Assembly (NCBI GenBank): GCA_964016885.1
Contig: OZ024741.1
Span: forward strand, 189,472,001-189,536,000
DNA from: Eledone cirrhosa
Lineage: Eukaryota
DNA length: 64,000 nucleotides
Direction of reading: 5' to 3'
Shown: positions 39,872 through 51,400 of the stretch, in pieces
Layout of the letters: every line of letters begins with the position of its first letter
How positions within the stretch are numbered: the first letter of the stretch is position 1
Made by a program: the position numbers and the translations under genes
Notes under the pieces: generated by a model
Told to the model about the DNA's origin: nothing
The model's input: the letters and a program-made list of their open reading frames with translations, nothing else
The model's database searches: none

Positions 39872-40754
39872 CCCTCAAGTATATTGTGTTGATCTGTATC
39901 AAACGATAGTCTATGGGGTTGTAAATCAGCAGAAAGGTAACCCCTCAAGTATGTTGAGTTGATCTGCATCAAATGATAGTCTATGGGGTTGTAAATCAGC
40001 AGAAAGGTAACCCCTCAAGTATGTTGAGTTGATCTGCATCAAACGATAGTCTATGGGGTTGTAAATCAGCAGAAAGGTAACCCCTCAAGTATGTTGAGTT
40101 GATCTGCATCAAATGATAGTCTATGGGGTTGTAAATCAGCAGAAAGGTAACCCCTCAAGTATGTTGAGTTGATCTGCATCAAACGATAGTCTATGGGGTT
40201 GTAAATCAGCAGAAAGGTAACCCCTCAAGTATGTTGAGTTGATCTGCATCAAATGATAGTCTATGGGGTTGTAAATCAGCAGAAAGGTAACCCCTCAAGT
40301 ATGTTGAGTTGATCTGCATCAAACGATAGTCTATGGGGTTGTAAATCAGCAGAAAGGTAACCCCTCAAGTATGTTGAGTTGATCTGCATCAAATGATAGT
40401 CTATGGGGTTGTAAATCAGCAGAAAGGTAACCCCTCAAGTATGTTGAGTTGATCTGCATCAAACGATAGTCTATGGGGTTGTAAATCAGCAGAAAGGTAA
40501 CCCCTCAAGTATGTTGAGTTGATCTGCATCAAATGATAGTCTATGGGGTTGTAAATCAGCAGAAAGGTAACCCCTCAAGTATGTTGAGTTGATCTGCATC
40601 AAACGATAGTCTATGGGGTTGTAAATCAGCAGAAAGGTAACCCCTCAAGTATGTTGAGTTGATCTGCATCAAATGATAGTCTATGGGGTTGTAAATCAGC
40701 AGAAAGGTAACCCCTCAAGCATGTTGAGTTGATCTGTATCAAACGATAGTCTAT
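39872..40754. repeat. 70-bp satellite, right arm (~12.5 copies, dimeric)
   Basis: Same unit with fixed GAGTTGATCTGCATC, alternating AAATG/AAACG. Confidence 0.97.
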
Positions 40755-41276
40755 GCATAGCCAGAATCCAGTAGATAGTGGAAGCAATAAACAGAACTCT
40801 GAGGGTGGGTGAGGTATATACTTTGTTGACAGCGACATTCAAAACAACAGCTACAACAATAACAACAACAACAACAACGACAACAATAGCAAACACTGAC
40901 CAACGTCGCCTACACTGGCCACTGCAGTCGTAGTGATAGTAATACCCCACTTACAACAACAACAACAACCATTGCAATAAATGGAACTCTGAGGTAGGGC
41001 AATATACACTCTTGATGCCATCCATCCTCAAGACAACAGCGACAACAACAACAACGGCAACAACAGCAACACCACCCATTGTCCACACTGGTCATCACAG
41101 TAGTAGTGATATTAGTACCCAGCTAATGGCAACGAGTACATCCCTACCCAAGCACCAGGCAGCGGCAACACTAACAACAACAACAACAACAACAGTAATG
41201 AACCCATCACAGTGACGACGGCAACAAAAAAGGCCTGCTGGTGCGGGTCACCGTAAATAACCGTACTAACATAATT

Positions 41277-41461
41277 GTTTCTACTTTTGGCACAAGGCCA
41301 GCAATTACCCAGTGTATTACTGGTACTTTATTTTATCGACCCCGTAAGGATGAAAGGCAAAGTTAACCTCGGCGGGATTTGAACTCAGAATGGCAAGGGC
41401 CGTAACTCTATGCGTCAAAGCATGGCGTCCGACCCTCTACCGATACTGCCAATTCACCGCC
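41277..41461 (-). mobile_element. tRNA-derived SINE (second family, Meta-like central domain)
   Basis: Minus strand: GGCGGTGAATTGGCAGTATCGG (A box), GAGTTCAAATCC (B box), TTTGCCTTTCATCCTTACGGGGTCGATAAAA. A partial copy lies at 43524-43618. Confidence 0.75.
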
Positions 41462-41689
41462 ACTAACATAATAACCATGACAATCAGCGCTTCCACCCTA
41501 TGGCACAAGGCCAGCAACAATGACAGTGCAGAATAATAATTAACCTCAATAACAGTCAGTTGTAACTACATTGGTATTAATACTATCAACGGTGGGAACC
41601 ATGTCCGACAAAAAGGGCTGCTAGACTGTGGAAGTGAGCTGCAAGAAGCGAATATAGGAACAGAAACACATACAGATATAATTCAGGTA

Positions 41690-42015
41690 CACATATGGAG
41701 AACATAGGAACAAATGTAACAAACATTATACATAAATTCTAAAGTAGGTATACATATGGAGAATACGGAACAAGGAACAAGGGATATAAAACACAGACCC
41801 TCGGCTGGGAGACCCTTTCAGGAACTCATATGTCTGCTGGACGCATGAGCAAAAGGACGAGTGTTTTTTCCTGCTGGCGGCATATCACAAAATCAAATTT
41901 CATCTGAGGATGCCGTTCCATTCTCATAACAACAACATATGCATGGGAGAACCGTTGAAATAATTATAATGAATAAACGATTTATGTAACATCAGCATCT
42001 TTATTAATGTTATTA
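41690..42015 (+). mobile_element. Penelope-like 3' end with hammerhead (41899-41973), inverted partner of 30832-31066
   Basis: 41804-42015 is the reverse complement of the left copy. Peptide remnants YIWRIRNK and KRTSVFSCWRH. Core TTCAT-CTGAGGA...GAAA-TAATTA-TA-ATGAA. Confidence 0.65.
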
Positions 42016-42030
42016 TCATATATATATATA

Positions 42031-42403
42031 TCATCACAGTTTTACATCCGTTCTTCCACGCTAGCATGGGTTAGACTGGTTGTCCTGTTGTGGGTAGTGT
42101 CCAGTCGTCTTACATTGTCTTGCTCATACGGGAACTGATTCTGGCTTGATTTCTACAGCTGGATGCCCTTCCTAACACCTACCTCATTTACAGTGAGTGC
42201 TGGGTGCTTTTTTTGCCGTGGCACCTCCACGACCACTTTGCAGTGGAATGATAGGGACCCCAGTCCTATCATCTCATTTCTACAGCTGAGTAAACTGGAG
42301 CAATGTGTCTTGCTCAAGGAAACAACACATCACCCGGTCTGAGAATTGAACTCACAACCTTTCGATTGCAAGCCCAATGCTCTAACCACTAAGCCATCTG
42401 CCT
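42031..42403 (-). mobile_element. Third copy of the SINE/RTE-tail element
   Basis: Near-identical to 14693-15014, with a tail resembling that of the 11558 RTE. Confidence 0.8.
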
Positions 42404-43091
42404 TCACTATATGTATATATACACACACACACACACATACACACACATGAGTGGGTTTTTTTTATGTTGTAATATAAAAATGGAAATTGCTCAGTAGAAC
42501 CTTATGCTGCAAGTGTTTACTAATTTACTAATAATAGTAAACACTTGCAACATAAAGTTCTTTGTGTAAATTCTGTAGAATAAACAAGCATTACATCTGC
42601 TGTTTCTCTGCATTGTTTTTTCAGAACACCCCATACCTCCAGATTCTACAGATTATTCACCCAAACAGCAACCTGAATTGGCCCAGAGGATTTAATGGAA
42701 ATACACACAATCAACAGTCCTGGCCAATACCACCATCTATTGTCTACAAACTCTCTGACAATAATCCTAATCACAAGTGTTTTATTGTCATATCCATGTC
42801 CACATTTTGTGTTTTGAACATTATAAACTGATATTTGGTATTATACAGCCTGAAATTGTGTATTCCAGAATCTTGTATTCAGAACTTGTATAAGATGCAT
42901 TTTTAATTTTATATTTTTCACACTATTTACAAACACACGACAGTCATATCTTATTTTATACAACAAAAGCTATGTTTCATGCATCATATCAATATCGAAT
43001 ATTGTACCTGGTATTTCATTTGTGTAGCCTGAAGCTATGTATTCCAGAATCTTCTATTTACAACTATACATGCTGCATTTTTGTACTATAA

Positions 43092-43298
43092 CCCTTTAGC
43101 ATTTAAACCGGCTGTATCAGACCAGAATTCGCTCACCTCTTTCTGTTCAAACTGGTTGTAACCAGCCACTCATACTGATGTTAAGTATTGTTCTCAAAAT
43201 AAATAATATCAAAATCTCATAGATTCGATATTATGTGAGATAAAGCCTTTACATAGAAAATACAATAATAAATATAGAGTAATGTAAATTCTAAAGGG
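43092..43298. mobile_element. piggyBac-like MITE copy 2
   Basis: CCCTTTAG...CTAAAGGG-TTAA; internal sequence matches 20276-20494. Confidence 0.75.
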
Positions 43299-43878
43299 TT
43301 AATCTTGAAACATTGTGGTTCACATTTTGGTTCACATTTTTGTGGTTCACATTGTGGTTCACATTTTTTATATTGCAATTGGGACTTGGGTTTCTGCAAC
43401 ACAATCTTAAAATCTGCGACTTGGCATTGTAATGTAGTGAAGTGTGGATCTGGTGCTGATTTACAAAGGCCTGTTCTGATAAATATGTACTGGATGACAT
43501 TAAAGTATTGTATATAATTAATTGTTTCTACGTTAGGCACAAGGCCACCAATTAACCAGTGTATTACTGGTACTTTATTTTATCGACCCTGTAATGATGA
43601 AAGGCAAAGTTAACCTCGTATATAATTGTATATAATTGTATATAATTAATGGTGACATCTCCACCTCTGGCTTATAAACACTGGATACCAAAGTCCACAA
43701 TTGCTATTTTGAGAGTAGTGAAGAAAATTTGTAAGTAGTTAGATAGGTAGATAGGTAGGTAAGTGGGTAGACAGCTAGACAGACAGACAGACAGATAAAC
43801 AGATAGATAAATAGATAGATAGATTGACAGATAGATTAGATGGCTAGGTAGGTATGAAGGAAGGTAGGTAGCTACTGC

Positions 43879-43897
43879 ATATATATGTGTGTACGAT

Positions 43898-43929
<32 letters not shown>

Positions 43930-43940
43930 GTGTGTACGAT

Positions 43941-43986
<46 letters not shown>

Positions 43987-44063
43987 ACGATACACACACA
44001 CACATATATATATATATATGTGTGTACGATACACACACACATATATATATATGTGTGTACGAT

Positions 44064-44095
<32 letters not shown>

Positions 44096-44141
44096 GTGTG
44101 TACGATACACACACACATATATATATATATGTGTGTACGAT

Positions 44142-44193
<52 letters not shown>

Positions 44194-44415
44194 ACGATAC
44201 ACACACACATATATATATATATGTGTGTACGATACACACACACATATATATATGTGTGTGTACGATACACACACACATATATATATATATGTGTGTGTAC
44301 GATACACACACATATATATATATATGTGTGTGTACGGTACACACACACATATATATGTGTGTGTGTGTATGTATATATACATATACATATATGTATATAT
44401 ACACACACACACACA
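43879..44415. repeat. Minisatellite TGTGTACGATA(CA)n(TA)n, ~13 copies
   Basis: Fixed core GTACGATAC repeated with variable-length CA and TA tracts. Confidence 0.9.
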
Positions 44416-44731
44416 CAGAGTCTACGAAAGTCACCAAATTTATTTCAGCAAACTCTGGCCATTACCTACTCACTCAATGAGATAATAAGTTTGCAATTGT
44501 TATCATACAGAGTGCACACAATTAGTTAATTAGTTAGTATATTGGTAGTGTTATGTTAATAATGCCTCCATATCAAATTCCTGGATGGATCTCATTTGCG
44601 TGCAACATTCTATCTATAATGGTTATTAAAAGTGTTATATGCTGGGAATTGTATAATATAAACAAACGTTGTGTAATTTGGGCTGTTGCATGTCTTCAGT
44701 AGGCTGTCCATCTCAAAATTTTGGTCTTTAG

Positions 44732-44952
44732 CCCTTTAGCATTTAAGCTGTCCATATCCGGCCAGAATTCTCCCACTTCATTCTGTTCAAACCGGCCACA
44801 ATTGGCTGCATATACTTATGTTAAGCTATTGTTCTTAAAATAAATAATATCAAAATCTTGTAGCTTTGATATTATATGAGATGATTTTGTGAGATAAAGT
44901 GTTTACTGTGAAAATACAATAGTAAATAGAGAGTAATGTAAGTGCTAAAAGG
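44732..44952. mobile_element. piggyBac-like MITE copy 3
   Basis: CCCTTTAGCA...TGCTAAAAGG-TTAA; same internal sequence. Confidence 0.75.
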
Positions 44953-45261
44953 TTAAAGGGAACACAACTGCACAGAATGTTAGCTTGCCAAATCTAGCAG
45001 AGCAATACTGTTATGATACATGACCTCTAAAAAGGGGAAAAACCTCTAGTTGAGAAAAACAACATGTATTGGTGGGTAAAATTCAAAACCTGGAATTTCC
45101 ACCAACAAAAGAACTCAACCAGTTTCAAACATGCATACTCAAGGGCTGATTTGCAATATAAAATCGAACAATCAATATTCAATATATAATCAATATATAA
45201 AAAAAAATAGAAATGTTCCAACTTGCACATGAAGCATTTTAGTCATACTGGGAGTAATAAA

Positions 45262-45445
45262 TGTTTCTACATTTGGCACAAGGCCAGCAATTAACCAGTG
45301 CATTACATGTACTTTATTTTATCGACCCCATAAGGATGTAATGCAAAGTTAACCTCGGCAGAATTTGAACTCAGAACGTAAAGAGCCATAACTCTATGCT
45401 GCAAAGTATGGTGTCTGATGTTCTACAGATACTGCCAATCCACTA
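45262..45445 (-). mobile_element. SINE (same family as 41277), whose 5' head overlaps the first satellite monomer
   Basis: Collinear with 41277-41461 up to GATACTGCCAAT. Confidence 0.75.
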
Positions 45446-48400
45446 TACGAAAGTCACCAATCTCCAGCCACAACCCATTCAATCAATGACAAAATAAGTT
45501 TGCCAGATACTGCCAATCCACTATAAGAAAGTCACCAATCTCCAGCCACAACCCATTGAATCAATGACAAAATAAGTTTGCCAGATACTGCCAATCCACT
45601 ATAAGAAAGTCACCAATCTCCAGCCACAACCCATTCAATCAATGACAAAATAAGTTTGCCAGATACTGCCAATCTACTATAAGAAAGTCACCAATCTCCA
45701 GCCACAACCCATTCAATCAATGACAAAATAAGTTTGCCAGATACTGCCAATCCACTATAAGAAAGTCACCAATCTCCAGCCACAACCCATTCAATCAATG
45801 ACAAAATAAGTTTGCCAGATACTGCCAATCCACTTTACGAAAGTCACCAATCTCCAGCCACAACCCATTCAATCAATGACAAAATAAGTTTGCCAGATAC
45901 TGCCAATCTACTATAAGAAAGTCACCAATCTCCAGCCACAACCCATTCAATCAATGACAAAATAAATTTGCCAGATACTGCCAATCCACTATCGCGAAAG
46001 TCACCAATCTCCAGCCACAACCCATTCAATCAATGACAAAATAAGTTTGCCAGATACTGCCAATCCACTATAAGAAAGTCACCAATCTCCAGCCACAACC
46101 CATTCAATCAATGACAAAATAAGTTTGCCAGATACTGCCAATCCACTATACGAAAGTCACCAATCTCCAGCCACAACCCATTCAATCAATGACAAAATAA
46201 GTTTGCCAGATACTGCCAATCTACTATAAGAAAGTCACCAATCTCCAGCCACAACCCATTCAATCAATGACAAAATAAATTTGCCAGATGCTGCCAATCC
46301 ACTATCGCGAAAGTCACCAATCTCCAGCCACAACCCATTCAATCAATGACAAAATAAGTTTGCCAGATACTGCCAATCCACTATAAGAAAGTCACCAATC
46401 TCCAGCCACAACCCATTCAATCAATGACAAAATAAATTTGCCAGATACTGCCAATCCACTATAAGAAAGTCACCAATCTCCAGCCACAACCCATTCAATC
46501 AATGACAAAATAAGTTTGCCAGATACTGCCAATCCACTATAAGAAAGTCACCAATCTCCAGCCACAACCCATTCAATCAATGACAAAATAAGTTTGCCAG
46601 ATACTGCCAATCCACTATACGAAAGTCACCAATCTCCAGCCACAACCCATTCAATCAATGACAAAATAAGTTTGCCAGATACTGCCAATCCACTATAAGA
46701 AAGTCACCAATCTCCAGTCACAACCCATTCAATCAATGACAAAATAAGTTGGCCAGATACTGCCAATCCACTATAAGAAAGTCACCAATCTCCAGCCACA
46801 ACCCATTCAATCAATGACAAAATAAGTTTGCCAGATACTGCCAATCCACTATAAGAAACTCAGCAATCTCCAGCCACAACCCATTCAATCAATGACAAAA
46901 TAAGTTTGCCAGATACTGCCAATCCACTATACGAAAGTCACCAATCTCCAGCCACAACCCATTGAATCAATGACAAAATAAGTTTGCCAGATACGGCCAA
47001 TCCACTATAAGAAAGTCACCAATCTCCAGCCACAACCCATTCAATCAATGACAAAATAAGTTTGCCAGATACTGCCAATCCACTATAAGAAAGTCACCAA
47101 TCTCCAGCCACAACCCATTCAATCAATGACAAAATAAGTTTGCCAGATACTGCCAATCCACTATAAGAAAGTCACCAATCTCCAGCCACAACCCATTCAA
47201 TCAATGACAAAATAAGTTTGCCAGATACTGTCAATCCACTATAAGAAAGTCACCAATCTCCAGTCACAACCCATTCAATCAATGACAAAATAAGTTTGCC
47301 AGATACTGCCAATCCACTATAAGAAAGTCACCAATCTCCAGCCACAACCCATTCAATCAATGACAAAGTAAGTTTGCCAGATACTGCCAATCCACTATAA
47401 GAAAGTCACCAATCTCCAGCCACAACCCATTCAATCAATGACAAAATAAGTTGGCCAGATACTGCCAATCCACTGTAAGAAAGTCACCAATCTCCAGCCA
47501 CAACCCATTCAATCAATGACAAAATAAGTTTGCCAGATACTGCCAATCCACTATAAGAAAGTCACCAATCTCCAGCCACAACCCATTCAATCAATGACAA
47601 AATAAGTTTGCCAGATACTGCCAATCCACTATAAGAAAGTCACCAATCTCCAGCCACAACCCATTCAATCAATGACAAAATAAGTTGGACAGATACTGCC
47701 AATCCACTATAAGAAAGTCACCAATCTCCAGCCACATCCCATTCAATCAATGACAAAATAAGTTGGCCAGATACTGCCAATCCACTATAAGAAAGTCACC
47801 AATCTCCAGCCACAACCCATTCAATCAATGACAAAATAAGTTTGCCAGATACTGCCAATCCACTATAAGAAACTCACCAATCTCCAGCCACAACCCATTC
47901 AATCAATGACAAAATAAGTTTGCCAGATACTGCCAATCCACTATAAGAAAGTCACCAATCTCCAGCCACAACCCATTCAATCAATGACAAAATAAGTTTG
48001 CCAGATACTGCCAATCCACTATAAGAAAGTCAACAATCTCCAGCCCCAACCCATTCAATCAATGAGAAAATAAGTTGGCCAGATACTGCCAATCCACTAT
48101 AGGAAAGTCACCAATCTCCAGCCACCACCCATTCAATCAATGACAATATAAGTTGACCAGATACTGCCAATCCACTATAAGAAAGTCACCAATCTCCAAC
48201 CACAACCCATTCAATCAATGACAAAATAAGTTTGCCAGATACTGCCAATCCACTGTAAGAAAGTCACCAATCTCCAGCCACAACCCATTCAATCAATGAC
48301 AAAATAAGTTTGCCAGATACTGCCAATCCACTATAAGAAAGTCACGAATCTCCAGCCACAACCCATTCAATCAATGACAATATAAGTTTGCCAGATACTG

Positions 48401-51400
48401 CCAATCCACTATAAGAAAGTCACCAATCTCCAGCCACAACCCATTCAATCAATGACAAAATAAGTTTGCCAGATACTGCCAATCCACCATAAGAAAGTCA
48501 CCAATCTCCAGCCACAACCCATTCAATCAATGACAAAATAAGTTTACCAGATACTGCCAATCCACTATAAGAAAGTCACCAATCTCCAGCCACAACCCAT
48601 TCAATCAATGACAATATAAGTTTGCCAGATACTGCCAATCCACCATAAGAAAGTCACCAATCTCCAGCCACGACCCATTCAATCAATGACAATATAAGTT
48701 TGCCAGATACTGCCAATCCACTATAAGAAAGTCACCAATCTCCAGCCACAACCCATTCAATCAATGACAATATAAGTTTGGCAGATACTGCCAATCCACT
48801 ATAAGAAAGTCACCAATCTCCAGCCACAACCCATTCAATCAATGACAAAATAAGTTTGCCAGATACTGCCAATCCACTATAAGAAAGTCACCAATCTCCA
48901 GCCCCAACCCATTCAATCAATGACAAAATAAGTTGGCCAGATACTGCCAATCCACTATAGGAAAGTCACCAATCTCCAGCCACAACCCATTCAATCAATG
49001 ACAATATAAGTTGGCCAGATACTGCCAATCCACTATAAGAAAGTCACCAATCTCCAACCACAACCCATTCAATCAATGACAAAATAAGTTTGCCAGATAC
49101 TGCCAATCCACTGTAAGAAAGTCACCAATCTCCAGGCACAACCCATTCAATCAATGACAAAATAAGTTTGCCAGATACTGCCAATCCACTATAAGAAAGT
49201 CACGAATCTCCAGCCACAACCCATTCAATCAATGACAATATAAGTTTGCCAGATACTGCCAATCCACTATAAGAAAGTCACCAATCTCCAGCCACAACCC
49301 ATTCAATCAATGACAAAATAAGTTTGCCAGATACTGCCAATCCACTATAAGAAAGTCACCAATCTCCAGCCACAACCCATTCAATCAAAGACAAAATAAG
49401 TTTGCCAGATACTGCCAATCCACCATCAGAAAGTCACCAATCTCCAGCCACAACCCTTTCAATCAATGACAAAATAAGTTTGCCAGATACTGCCAATCCA
49501 CTATAAGAAAGTCACCAATCTCCAGCCACAACCCATTCAATCAATGACAATATAAGTTTGCCAGATACTGCCAATCCACCATAAGAAAGTCACCAATCTC
49601 CAGCCACAACCCATTCAATCAATGACAAAATAAGTTTGCCAGATACTGCCAATCCACTATAAGAAAGTCACCAGTCTCCAGCCACAACCCATTCAATCAA
49701 TGACAAAATAAGTTTGCCAGATACTGCCAATCCACTATAAGAAAGTCACCAATCTCCAGCCACAACCCATTCAATCAATGACAAAATAAGTTTGCCAGAT
49801 ACTGCCAATCCACTGTAAGAAAGTCACCAATCTCCAGCCACAACCCATTCAATCAATGACAAAATAAGTTGGCCAGATACTGCAAATCCACTGTAAGAAA
49901 GTCACCAATCTCCAGCCACAACCCATTCAATCAATGACAAAATAAGTTGGCCAGATACTGCCAATCCACTATAAGAAAGTCACCAATCTCCAGCCTCAAC
50001 CCATTCAATCAATGACAAAATAAGTTGGCCAGATACTGCCAATCCACTGTAAGAAAGTCACCAATCTCCAGCCACAACCCATTCAATCAATGACAAAATA
50101 AGTTTGCCAGATACTGCCAATCCACTATAAGAAAGTCACCAATCTCCAGCCACAACCCATTCAATCAATGACACAATAAGTTTGCCAGATACTGCCAATC
50201 CACTATAAGAAAGTCACCAATCTCCAGCCACAACCCATTCAATCAATGACAAAATAAGTTTGCCAGATACTGCCAATCCACTATAAGAAAGTCACCAATC
50301 TCCAGCCACAACCCATTCAATCAATGAGAAAATAAGTTTGCCAGATACTGCCAATCCACTATAAGAAAGTCACCAATCTCCAGCCACAACCCATTCAATC
50401 AATGACAAAATAAGTTGGCCAGATACTGCCAATCCACTGTAAGAAAGTCACCAATCTCCAGCCACAACCCATTCAATCAATGACAAAATAAGTTTGCCAG
50501 ATACTGCCAATCCACTATAAGAAAGTCACCAATCTCCAGCCACAACCCATTCAATCAATGACAAAATAAGTTGGCCAGATACTGCCAATCCACTGTAAGA
50601 AAGTCACCAATCTCCAGCCACAACCCATTCAATCAATGACAAAATAAGTTTGCCAGATACTGCAAATCCACTGTAAGAAAGTCACCAATCTCCAGCCACA
50701 ACCCATTCAATCAATGACAAAATAAGTTGGCCAGATACTGCCAATCCACTATAAGAAAGTCACCAATCTCCAGCCTCACCCCATTCAATCAATGACGAAA
50801 TAAGTTGGCCAGATACTGCCAATCCACTGTAAGAAAGTCACCAATCTCCAGCCACAACCCATTTAATCAATGACAAAATAAGTTTGCCAGATACTGCCAA
50901 TCCACTATAAGAAAGTCACCAATCTCCAGCCACAACCCATTCAATCAATGACACAATAAGTTTGCCAGATACTGCCAATCCACTATAAGAAAGTCACCAA
51001 TTTCCAGCCACAACCCATTCAATCAATGACAAAATAAGTTTGCCAGATACTGCCAATCCACTATAAGAAAGTCACCAATCTCCAGCCACAACCCATTCAA
51101 TCAATGACAAAATAAGTTTGCCAGATACTGCCAATCCACTATAAGAAAGTCACCAATCTCCAGCCACAACCCATTCAATCAATGACAAAATAAGTTGGCC
51201 AGATACTGCCAATCCACTGTAAGAAAGTCACCAATCTCCAGCCACAACCCATTCAATCAATGACAAAATAAGTTTGCCAGATACTGCCAATCCACTATAA
51301 GAAAGTCACCAATCTCCAGCCACAACCCATTCAATCAATGACATAATAAGTTTGCCAGATACTGCCAATCCACTATAAAAAGTCACCAATCTCCAGCTAC

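Noticed and set aside
40780-41230. CAA-rich ~190-bp duplicated segment as a coding exon
   Set aside because: Low complexity, two diverged copies, and no consistent frame or recognisable domain.
43672-44529. Long ORFs in all six frames (also 4357-4681, 7003-8116, 18114-18588)
   Set aside because: These are translations of simple repeats lacking stop codons.
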